The position numbers were made by a program, and so were the translations under genes. Under the pieces are notes generated by a model. That model had not been told where the DNA came from and ran no database searches. It saw only the letters and a program-made list of their open reading frames with translations. A stretch of DNA of 64,000 bases from NCBI GenBank assembly GCA_963777955.1, contig CAVZSQ010000022.1, forward strand, positions 192,001 through 256,000. The letters run 5' to 3'. Positions 33,623 through 43,366 of the stretch are shown one piece after another. This DNA comes from Calditrichia bacterium. Its GTDB lineage: Bacteria; Calditrichota; Calditrichia; JAJRVZ01. Position 1 is the first letter of the stretch. The number at the start of each line of letters is the position of its first letter.

Positions 33623-33883
33623 ATGAAAGTATTTCTGGCGCTGATGCTGTTTACTTTGAGTCTTATTGCAGGCTGTAGCCCAAGCAGTGGCGATACAGTT
33701 AATGGCACATGGAACGAACCGTCTGCCAGGGAGATGAGAATCGTAGTAACATATTCTGACAATCAAAATTTTATGCCCACGGGATGGGTATATTCTGCCA
33801 ACTATTCAATAAAGGACAAGATACTGACGTTGGATTATACCAGCACTTCAGTGCCTTATGTGGAAAAGTATGAAAGGATTTGA
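33623..33883 (+). CDS. Small hypothetical lipoprotein
   Basis: GGAGG SD; lipobox IAGC. Confidence 0.6.
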   Translation: MKVFLALMLFTLSLIAGCSPSSGDTVNGTWNEPSAREMRIVVTYSDNQNFMPTGWVYSANYSIKDKILTLDYTSTSVPYVEKYERI

Positions 33884-34012
33884 TGAATTACAAAATGTCT
33901 GCTGGTGAAATGAACGTATAAAAATAAATATAGATTTTACCTGCCTTTTGTATTACTTTTTTAGATTATTATATCCTTGGTCTTTACGCGACAGGTGTTT
34001 AACACGGGTACC

Positions 34013-34570
34013 ATGTCAGCAGAAATAAATAATAGAAATAACCACCAACTTATTGATGCCTATTATGAACGGTATACCAAGGAATATTATGTGGTTTTGC
34101 TTCTGGACAGTGAAGTGCATTACGAAGCGCTGATTCATCATCTTAGCGGGTATCTGGAAAAAAAGCCGGATAATGCCATCGCTTTTCACAACCGCGGCCT
34201 TGCTTACCTTGAACTGGGAATGGAAGAGGGTCTGGCTGATATGGACCGCAGCATTGCCATTGATAATTCGAAACCACAACCTCACCGGGTTCTGGCGATG
34301 TTCTGGGAAACTAACAACGATTTAAAACTTGCCTTGCAGCACTACGCAAAGGCCTTAGCTTTGGATATTAAGGATTTCAGTCTGTATATATCGCGTTCGG
34401 GTATCTATGAAAAAATGGGCGAATATGATATGGCTATCGAAGATTTATCCCGGGCGATCCTGCTGAATCCATCATTTAAAAACTTCTTTTTACACCGGAG
34501 TGAATTATACCGGAAGATCGGAGAAGTTGCTAAAGCAATTAAGGATGAAGAGACAGCGGAAAGATTATAA
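34013..34570 (+). CDS. TPR repeat protein
   Basis: AFHNRGLAYLELG, YISRSGIYEKMGEYDMAIEDLSRAILLNP. Confidence 0.8.
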   Translation: MSAEINNRNNHQLIDAYYERYTKEYYVVLLLDSEVHYEALIHHLSGYLEKKPDNAIAFHNRGLAYLELGMEEGLADMDRSIAIDNSKPQPHRVLAMFWETNNDLKLALQHYAKALALDIKDFSLYISRSGIYEKMGEYDMAIEDLSRAILLNPSFKNFFLHRSELYRKIGEVAKAIKDEETAERL

Positions 34571-34613
34571 TATACAACACAGGACTAGATTTCAGGTAAC
34601 AGGGAGTTAATAA

Positions 34614-35483
34614 ATGAAAAAGGACATTTTTGGGAAGGGCGAGGCCGTTTTAATAGACCGCATCATGGAGAAATTACCCCTGGATAAAAACAAAGCGGTG
34701 CAGTCCAAAACAAAAAACATGGAGATCCTGGCCTTATCGAATAAAGAGTATTTTTATATTCTCCGTAAAATATTTCACACCTTCATGTTTGATATGAAAG
34801 AATTTGCCATAGATACATATGATCTGTCGGTTGAAGAATATATTAATGCCCTGACCTGGCTTACTTATGTACATTCCATAATCTATAAATTAGATTTAAA
34901 CATAGAAAAACAGGCCAGCCATATTCTGCCTGAGGCCGACATCGATTTTGAATCCGTGCGCACTGAAATAAATCTCTTTCTGCAGGAGCATAATCTGCTG
35001 GATGCCGTGATAGAAAAATGTGTTGAGCGGGTGATCAGGTACCTGGCCTTTGAGCAGCAACAACTCCGTCAGAACAATCGTCTCAGCGCCGCGGAAATCT
35101 TCCGGATCCTGGAATTGAAATCGGCAGACCTGGAAGTACTGCGCAGAATCATATTGAAAGTGGGAAAAATTGATATACCGCAACAGGAAATGGAATTTTT
35201 CAATTTGCTGGATAAAATCCGCGAGATATTCGATGATATCAGGGATTATCAGGAAGATTTGACCCTGAAAAATTTCAATACTTTTATTTACCTGAATAAA
35301 GATTGTCAATCATCCGAACAGGCAATAGAGGTCCTGGAAAAATACATCGAACAGGAATCCGCCAGGTGCCTGTCGCTGATCGACCGCATCGAACATAATA
35401 AACAAAAAAAATTCCTGACCATTTGCGCGAGGTTGAAACAGGAAAAAAAGTACTATCTTGACCGGTTACATCAGATTCCATGA
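34614..35483 (+). CDS. Class I isoprenoid-synthase-fold (terpene synthase/prenyltransferase-like) protein
   Basis: All-helical; LKS motif followed by DDIRDYQED...NFN, a second aspartate-rich-like motif. The first motif is degenerate (KLDLNIE). Confidence 0.55.
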   Translation: MKKDIFGKGEAVLIDRIMEKLPLDKNKAVQSKTKNMEILALSNKEYFYILRKIFHTFMFDMKEFAIDTYDLSVEEYINALTWLTYVHSIIYKLDLNIEKQASHILPEADIDFESVRTEINLFLQEHNLLDAVIEKCVERVIRYLAFEQQQLRQNNRLSAAEIFRILELKSADLEVLRRIILKVGKIDIPQQEMEFFNLLDKIREIFDDIRDYQEDLTLKNFNTFIYLNKDCQSSEQAIEVLEKYIEQESARCLSLIDRIEHNKQKKFLTICARLKQEKKYYLDRLHQIP

Positions 35484-36568
35484 TCAAAATCCGCCCACAG
35501 TTATCCGCTTTTCTGAAACAATTTAAAAGTGAACAAATACCCCGTCGGGCAATTGATACCAGTCTTTTATCTTCTTTTGAGATTTTACCGGGACTTCTGC
35601 GAGGCAGCGTGGTACAAAGGGTGGTGCTGGCCATACCCGGCCAGGGCTGCTCTTTATTCCGCCGGCCGCAGGGGGGCTGTCTGCACTGCGGCTTATTCAG
35701 TGATGGGATAATCAGCCCCGAAACTGATCAGGAGCAGGTGATCTCCGCCTTCGCTGATAATTTAAACCGCCATGATTTTTCCAAAACACCGGTTCTTTGT
35801 ATCTACGTTCCCGGTTCTTTCCTGGATGATCAGGAGATCGATCCGGAGAGCCGCCGGGCAATTATCTCGCTGGTGGCTCAAAAGACAAAGATTAAGAAAG
35901 TCATTTTTGAATCATTGCCGCAATTTATTACTGCAGCCGGGATTGGCGAATTAAAATCCGTTCTGGCCGATAAAGAGATCGAGATTGCTATCGGCCTGGA
36001 TTCCAGTGATGATCAGATCAGGGATTTATGCATCAATAAAAGTTTTTCTTTACGGACATTCGAGCATGCTTGTGCGCTGCTGCAACGGCTGCAAATACGG
36101 TTTAGCGCTTTCGCTTTGTTAAAACCGCCGTTCCTGACCGAACAGGAATCAATCAGCGATACCATACGCACGGTTCAATATGCATTCAATAAAGGTGCCG
36201 CGGCGGTGTCCATCGAACCGAACACGGTGCAGGAAAATACATTTGTCTGGAAATTATTCCGGAAGAATATGTACCGTCCACCATGGCTCTGGAGCATTCT
36301 CGAAGTGATCAGACAACTTCCGCCGGGAAAAGAGTTGCGGATTGGTGGAATAGTTGTTTATCCCCGGGCGGTTAAAAGCGCGCATAATTGCGAGCTGTGC
36401 ACCGCCGGAATATGGCAGAAAATTCAGGAGTATAATTTAAAACAGGATAAAGATATATTTACCGGTCTGGATTGTAACTGCAAAAACCAATGGTATAAAG
36501 AATTACATATTGATAGTCTGCCTTTAGCTGAACGAATCGAGAATGTTTTACACGAATTGAGCAGATGA
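35480..36568 (+). CDS. Radical SAM protein of the archaeosine RaSEA/TIGR01210 family
   Basis: GC-x8-GCxxC, GSFLDDQEI, ESLPQFI, IGLDSSDDQIR..INKSF, LLKPPFLTE, YRPPWLWS, HNCELC, CNC..W; ATGA overlap with the upstream gene. Confidence 0.82.
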   Translation: MIKIRPQLSAFLKQFKSEQIPRRAIDTSLLSSFEILPGLLRGSVVQRVVLAIPGQGCSLFRRPQGGCLHCGLFSDGIISPETDQEQVISAFADNLNRHDFSKTPVLCIYVPGSFLDDQEIDPESRRAIISLVAQKTKIKKVIFESLPQFITAAGIGELKSVLADKEIEIAIGLDSSDDQIRDLCINKSFSLRTFEHACALLQRLQIRFSAFALLKPPFLTEQESISDTIRTVQYAFNKGAAAVSIEPNTVQENTFVWKLFRKNMYRPPWLWSILEVIRQLPPGKELRIGGIVVYPRAVKSAHNCELCTAGIWQKIQEYNLKQDKDIFTGLDCNCKNQWYKELHIDSLPLAERIENVLHELSR

Positions 36569-36878
36569 TTAAATACATAGATTAACTTATCTTTTCAGCC
36601 TGACTGCTATCCTCTTGTTTTCTATAAGTTTCCCGGATATTCGCTTCAGAATCAGTATTATTTCTGATCAGAGTTCCTAATATTCTTAAAATTAACCACT
36701 TATATGTCGATAAAATTAATAAAGACTTTGATTGTCGGATATATCACAACCCGAATGGTTGGATTTAGTTTATTTTAAATGGAAAAAGTTTTTATATTTG
36801 TATGCTATGGCTAAAATTGAGTGATTTTTTTTTAGATACTTAATTTAAATCATATCTTGATATTGAAGGATTAAAAAT

Positions 36879-39800
36879 ATGATACGAAATTCAAGCAAGT
36901 CGCTATTGTTTATACTGTTATTCTTAGGCGTAAGCCAGGCTCAGAATGCAGTAATCAATGAACTCATGCCGGCCAATTTTCAGACCATTGCCGACGAGGA
37001 TAGCGAATATACCGATTGGCTGGAGATATATAATCCTGCCGCCGAGACTGTTGATCTCAGCGGGTACGGACTTTCTGACGATCGGGATAGTTTAAATAAA
37101 TGGATTTTCCCTCAAGTGATCCTGCCGCCGGACCAGTTTGTGGTAATCTATGCTTCGGATAAGGACAGAAGATTATGGATTAATCACTGGGAAACGGTCA
37201 TTGATCAGGGCGATAGTTGTTATTACCGCGTAAATGATTCGGCCACTCCGGCAAATTGGCAGCAAGCGGGTTATGATGATAGCGGTTGGTCCAGAGGTCC
37301 CAGTGGTTTCGGTTATGGCGATGATGATGATGCCACAATCGTGCCGGCAGTTATGTCGGTATCAGTACGCCAGAAATTCAATATTCCCGATCTGAATAAT
37401 ATTGTGACAGCCATGCTGCATGTGGATTATGATGACGGTTTTGTAGCTTATTTAAATGGCGTTGAGATTGCCCGCCGAAATTTAGGTACCGCGGGAATAG
37501 TTCCTGCCTATGATTTGCCGGCAGATACCTGGATAGAGGCATTGATGTATCAGGGCGGCCGGCCGGAAATCTTCGATTCACCGGAAATATATAGCCTGCT
37601 GCAATCCGGAGAAAATATACTGGCTCTGGAAGTGCACAATTCGAGCAGTACTTCATCCGACCTGACCCTTATTCCTTTTTTCACGCTGGGAATGATGTCT
37701 TTACCGGAAGATCCCCGCGGAATTTCAGAGTCATTGCAGTTCTCCATGCCGCGGTTGCATGCCAATTTTAAATTAAGCGTTTCTGGCGAGTATATTTACC
37801 TCTCCGACACCGGCGGGATTATCGTGGATTCTGTTTTTACCGGATCCATTCCCCAGGATATCTCGCTGGGCCGGCAACCTGACGGCAGTAATAACTGGTA
37901 TTTATTTCCAGCAGCCACGCCGGGACAACCAAATGTAACGCCGGGATATACTGAAATCACCGTTGATCCGGTCTTTTCTTTGCCCGCGGGATTTTATGCG
38001 GCTGCCCAATCATTGACTTTATCCGACAGTGTACCTGATACCACGGTGATCCGTTATACTACGGATGGATCGGTACCGGATAGCAATTCAACCGGCTTTA
38101 GCGTACCGCTGGCCCTGACCGCAACTACCGTCGTACGGGCGCGGGCTTTCGAAAGCGGTAAACTGCCCAGCACCGTTTTAACTAATACCTATTTTATCAA
38201 CGAAAATATCAGTTTACCGGTCGTATCCCTTTCCACCAATCCGGAAAATTTCTGGGATGAGGACAGCGGTATCTATGTATTGGGCAAATATGCCGAGCCG
38301 GATAATCCATATTTCGGAGCAAATTTCTGGCAGGATTGGGAGAAACCGATTCACGTGGAATTCTTTGAAGCAGATGGCCAGTTTGGATTCAGTGTTGATG
38401 CCGGTGTTCAGATTAGCGGTGCCTGGAGCCGGGCTCATCCCCAGAAATCACTGGCAATTTTTGCCCGTAAAAAGTATGGTGCTGATTGTATTGCTTATCA
38501 ACTTTTCCCGGATAAACCCATTGCCGAATTCGAGGCGTTTGTCTTGCGTAATTCGGGAAATGACTGGAATTATGCCTTCATGCGGGATGCCCTGATCACC
38601 ACTTTAATCAGCGGCCGGGGCATCGATGTGCAGGCCTACCGGCCGGTTGTGGTTTTTCTTAACGGCGAATACTGGGGCATTCATGATCTACGCGAAAAAG
38701 TAAACGAACATTTTCTGGCTGCAAACCATGAGGTGGACTCCGATAATATAGATTTGTTGCAGAATAACAGCGATGTCGTACATGGCGATGCCGAGCATTA
38801 TCAGAATATGATCTCATTTCTGGAAACAAATAATATCAATGATTCATTAAATTATATATCGCTGCAGCAGATGATGGACGTGGACAATTTCCTGAATTAT
38901 GAGATCACCCAGATCTATTGTGATAATACCGATTGGCCGGGTAATAATATTAAATACTGGCGGGAAAGAAGCAGTGCCGGAAAGTGGCGCTGGATCATGT
39001 ATGATACCGATTTCGGATTCGGGATTTACGACCGTAATCCGTCCAAGAATACCCTGGAATTTGCCACGGCGGCTGACGGTCCGGATTGGCCCAATCCGCC
39101 CTGGTCGACTTTTTTGTTGCGTAAACTGCTGGAGAATGAAATCTTTAAAACGGAATTTATAAACCGCACAGCCGACCTGCTTAATGCAGAACTCAGCCTG
39201 GCCGGCATAACCCGCTGCATTGATAGTCTGAAAGCGCCGCTGCTGCCGGAAATGGAGCGGCATGTAAACCGCTGGGGATTGTCCTATAGCAACTGGGAGT
39301 CTAATGTCGATTATCTGTACACTTTTGCTCAAGCCCGGGTCGCACCCATGCGTCAGCATGTGATCAGTAAATTTGGTCTGACCGGGACGGCCCAGATTCA
39401 GTTAAATGCATCGGCGGGCGGGAAGATAAGAATCAATTCGTTGACTATTGACGGATTTCCCAGGCAAACTGCCTGGGCGGGGACTTATTTCAGGGGAGTT
39501 CCGATAAAAATAGCCGCCGAACCGGAGCCGGGCTATGCCTTCGCCGGCTGGCAGGGTTCACAGATCAGCAGCGAGGCACAACTGGTTTATACACCGCAAA
39601 GCAATGCCAGTTTCCGTGCTTTTTTTGCGGAAGAGGGTATGCCGGTGGTCTTGAATGAGATAAATTATAACTCCTCAATCGATTTTGACGTTGAAGACTG
39701 GGTTGAGTTCTATAATCGCAGTTCGGCAACGGTCGATCTCAGTTCCTGGCAATTCAGAGATTCCGACGATATACATAATTTTATTTTTCCGGCAGGAACC

Positions 39801-40419
39801 CTTTTAAATCCGGATTCGTATCTGGTAGTATGTCATGATTCGGTTATGTTCAAACAGGGTTTTCCGGAAGTTTCTTTTTTCCCGGTAACTTTAACCTTTG
39901 GTTTGAGCGGCGGCGGGGAATCGCTCTATCTTATAGATGATCAGGGTATTGTGATTGATTCTCTGACCTACGATGACACTGTACCCTGGCCACCTGAAGC
40001 GGATGGCAGGGGGCCGACCCTGGCGCTCAAACATCCGGATCTGGATAATAGTTTACCGGAAAATTGGGCTGCCTCGGCTAATCATGGAACTCCAGGGCAG
40101 CAAAATGACGTCTATTCCGACATAAGATCAGTAAAGCCGGGTATCCCGGATCGATTCAGTCTGGAGCAGAATTATCCGAATCCGTTTAATCCGCGAACCA
40201 CGATCAATTTTCAACTTCCACTCGGCGGGATGGTCCGGCTTGCAAATTTTTGACATCCAGGGCCGGTTGGTGGACAGGATAATTGACAGTCACTTGCCAG
40301 CCGGTGATCACCGGGTAGCCTGGCAGCCTGATTTTAAACTGGCTTCCGGCGTCTATTTTTACCACCTGGAAGTAAAAGACCGTTTTCAGGCTACCAAAAA
40401 AATGATTTTGTTAAGGTAA
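36879..40419 (+). CDS. Large CotH kinase with lamin-tail and chitobiase/FN3-like domains and T9SS CTD (frameshift ~40245)
   Basis: Lamin-tail motifs INELM...DWLEIYN and LNEINY...DWVEFYN; IRYTTDGS; CotH motifs QKSLAI, LRNSGND, DWPGNN, WIMYDTD; NYPNPFNP, with the end KKMILLR* at 40419. Confidence 0.88.
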
Positions 40420-40655
40420 TTAAGGAGTCACCGGATTTATAAGGGAAACGCGAGGTATAACCAGATTTATCATTTGATCGGTAATTATCTAGATGAGAAT
40501 CAATAAGTTATTTAAATATATTCTGCCGGATTCTGCTCATCTAATTAAATAATTCACTCAAATCAGACGAGAATAGCTTAAGTTATACTAATGTAAATAT
40601 TGAACATTTGAATTTGTTGTTTTGATCTTTTTGTGGATAGTAGGTAAATTAACTG

Positions 40656-41720
40656 ATGCAAAAGAAAATTAATACCAGAACCATCTTAATCGGTGCTGGA
40701 ATCATCCTGCTGCTGATTTTACTGCTGCCTGTTCACCTTCCTTACAGTCTGGTAGTGCAGGGTAAGGTATTACCGGGACAGGTCTGGCTTTTACAACGGC
40801 AAACAGATGGAAGCATGCTGGTAACCTTAAGGGATCATCGGCAAAATATAGTTTCCAGTTATACCGCTTATCAGGTGGAACGCGGAGATGTGTTAAGTTT
40901 TAATCTGTCACCCCGTCTGCAGTCGGACGGTCGGGTAACCAGGGGGGATACCATTGGCTATATCCATTCCAATGTGATCAATGGGGAAATGGCCAATCTG
41001 AGGGGCGCTCTGGATGTAGCCAGGTCCATGTTGTATGTTAATAACACCGGTGAAAAGCAGTCACTGGTTGAAGCAGCCCGGAATCAGTTATCACTCAGCC
41101 GGGAGCAGGCTTTGCTGCAAAACAGGATTCTGGAACGCCAGAAAGATCTGTACGACAGTAATCTGGTCTCGCGGGAAATGTACGAGATTACCCAGGGGAC
41201 ATCAAAAATATACGATTTACAGGCGCTGGTAGCCGAGGCGCAGTTGAAAGCACTGGAAACCGGTTCAAAACCGGAACAGGTACAGTTATCTCTTTCGGAA
41301 ATCAATTCGCTGGAAAGTGAAATTAAAGTACTGGAACAGCGTTTAGATCAGTTTGTGTTGATTTCACCGCTGGCGGGAGAACTTTTTACGCCTTTCTCTG
41401 CAGAAAGTCTGATGTTTATAGCCGATACATCCCGCCTGGTCTATATGCCGGTCGGTCTTCGTGACCTGGCTGAAGTGAAAGTCGCCCAGATTTTTCAGGT
41501 TCGCACTCCTGTCGGCGCAGAAGTGATTAGAGGGAAGATTGTCAAAGTCGACCAGATGATTCAACGTTTGAATGATCAGCAGGTATTTTTTGTGATCGGC
41601 TTGCTGGAAAAAAGACATGCACTGTTGCCGCTGAATCAGATTGTTCCCTGTACTATTAAGGGTCAGAGCAAAACGCCGTGGAAATATCTGGGTAAAATAA
41701 TTCAATCCATGTTCAACTGA
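40656..41720 (+). CDS. HlyD/membrane-fusion (periplasmic adaptor)-like protein
   Basis: N-terminal TM helix, GDTIGYI lipoyl half, long coiled coil (ETGSKPEQV), LISPLAGEL second lipoyl half, then a beta-barrel. Confidence 0.7.
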   Translation: MQKKINTRTILIGAGIILLLILLLPVHLPYSLVVQGKVLPGQVWLLQRQTDGSMLVTLRDHRQNIVSSYTAYQVERGDVLSFNLSPRLQSDGRVTRGDTIGYIHSNVINGEMANLRGALDVARSMLYVNNTGEKQSLVEAARNQLSLSREQALLQNRILERQKDLYDSNLVSREMYEITQGTSKIYDLQALVAEAQLKALETGSKPEQVQLSLSEINSLESEIKVLEQRLDQFVLISPLAGELFTPFSAESLMFIADTSRLVYMPVGLRDLAEVKVAQIFQVRTPVGAEVIRGKIVKVDQMIQRLNDQQVFFVIGLLEKRHALLPLNQIVPCTIKGQSKTPWKYLGKIIQSMFN

Positions 41721-41724
41721 GATT

Positions 41725-42525
41725 ATGGCCCGACTCGAATATAAATATTTATTAGCACAAGAGCAGGTTGCGGCATTTCGCCGGGAGATTGCCCCTTTTG
41801 TCGAACTGGATTCATATTCTGCCAGGGCTGCAGAAAAAAAATATACCGTTCGTAGTATATATTTTGATACCCCTTTACTGGATTTCTATCGTGACAAAGT
41901 TATCGGTCTTAAGAAAAGAAAAAAGATCCGTATTCGCGGGTACAATCATCACAGTGAAAATGATATTACCTTTCTGGAATTAAAAGCTAAAAGTGGTTCA
42001 ACTATCGTAAAATACCGCGCGCCGGTGTTGTACAAAAATCTGGCTGCCCTGCTGCATACGCAGGATATCGGTCAATATATCCTTTGTAATAATGGATTCA
42101 TAAATGTACATGAACAAGCCCAGAGATTTTTATCTGAAGTTTTAAAACGAAACCTGACACCGATCATAAAAATCATGTATGAGCGGGAGGCCTATTTTTA
42201 TAAATTCAATCACCAGGTACGTATTACCCTGGATACTAGTTTACGCAGTAGTGCTACAGTTGCTTTGGATAAATTATATGAAGAGGAAAATCCGGTTTAT
42301 TCATTAATCGGCCAGGCCATTCTGGAAGTAAAAGTCTCTGGTGAAATTCCATCCTGGTTACGTCAGGTAATTGGACGCTTCGATTTACAATTGCAGGCGG
42401 TTTCCAAATATATAATCTGTCTGGAAGATCACAGTAATTATCATCAGCGCCTGGAAAAATCATTGCGGGGATTATCCAAGTATCATCAGTTTAGAAATTT
42501 TATGATCATAGAAAATATGGATTAG
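41725..42525 (+). CDS. VTC-domain (polyphosphate polymerase-like, CYTH/TTM fold) protein
   Basis: RLEYKY, VRSIYFDT, RKKIRIRGY, FLELKAK, YEREAY, RITLD, ILEVK, SKY. Confidence 0.9.
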   Translation: MARLEYKYLLAQEQVAAFRREIAPFVELDSYSARAAEKKYTVRSIYFDTPLLDFYRDKVIGLKKRKKIRIRGYNHHSENDITFLELKAKSGSTIVKYRAPVLYKNLAALLHTQDIGQYILCNNGFINVHEQAQRFLSEVLKRNLTPIIKIMYEREAYFYKFNHQVRITLDTSLRSSATVALDKLYEEENPVYSLIGQAILEVKVSGEIPSWLRQVIGRFDLQLQAVSKYIICLEDHSNYHQRLEKSLRGLSKYHQFRNFMIIENMD

Positions 42526-42529
42526 AAAA

Positions 42530-43199
42530 ATGCTGGAAGGTTTTCAAAGCAATCTGATTAATGTTGTTGAATTCAACACTTTTTTTGTCAATTTAGTGAT
42601 AGCATTAATCTGTGGTTTTATTATTTCGATTTTTTACCGGGTTAGTTACCGGGGACCGCATTATTCAACTTCTTTCGTGCAGGCCATGGTGATACTATCC
42701 ATGGTTACCGCCCTGGTAATCATGGTTATCGGTAATAATCTGGCCCGGGCTTTTGGACTGGTAGGAGCCATGTCGATTATCCGCTTTCGTACGGCGATCA
42801 AGGATACGCAGGATATCGTGTTCATATTCTTTGCCCTGGCTGCGGGTATGGCTGCCGGTGTCGGTTTAAACATTATTGCTATTGCCGGATCACTGTTCAT
42901 CGGGGTGATCCTGCTGGGCTTAAGCAAGTCTGAGTATGCCAAACCGCATAAACGGGATTTTTTACTGCAGTTTCAATGCAAATTAAATGATGCTAATAAT
43001 CCCTACATCACAGTGCTGGAGCAAATTTTGCAAACGGAACAAACTTATCAATATGCAATCCCTCGGCGCTGAAGACCTGTATGAATTTTCCTTTTATGTG
43101 CAATTGAAAGATAAGGAACAGCGCACTGAACTGGTCCGGGAATTAAACCGGTTAGCCGAAATTACTCAGGTACGACTGTTTGTAGATGAGGAAATATAA
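42530..43199 (+). CDS. DUF4956 family membrane protein (frameshift ~43020)
   Basis: IGNNLARAFGLVGAMSIIRFRTAIKD...F.ALAAGMAAGVG; C-terminal ACT-like part in ORF 42987-43199. Confidence 0.88.
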
Positions 43200-43366
43200 A
43201 GCACATATATCCTGCCGGATTTAATACAAATCTTATTCTTGAAATATAGTCTTCAATTTCAAATAGGCGAATTATTTTCTTGTATTTTTGACAGAAAATC
43301 GCAATAATATAACCATTCTTTATTATTTTCATATCCTGCTTAATAAATATTAAGGGAGATGACACT

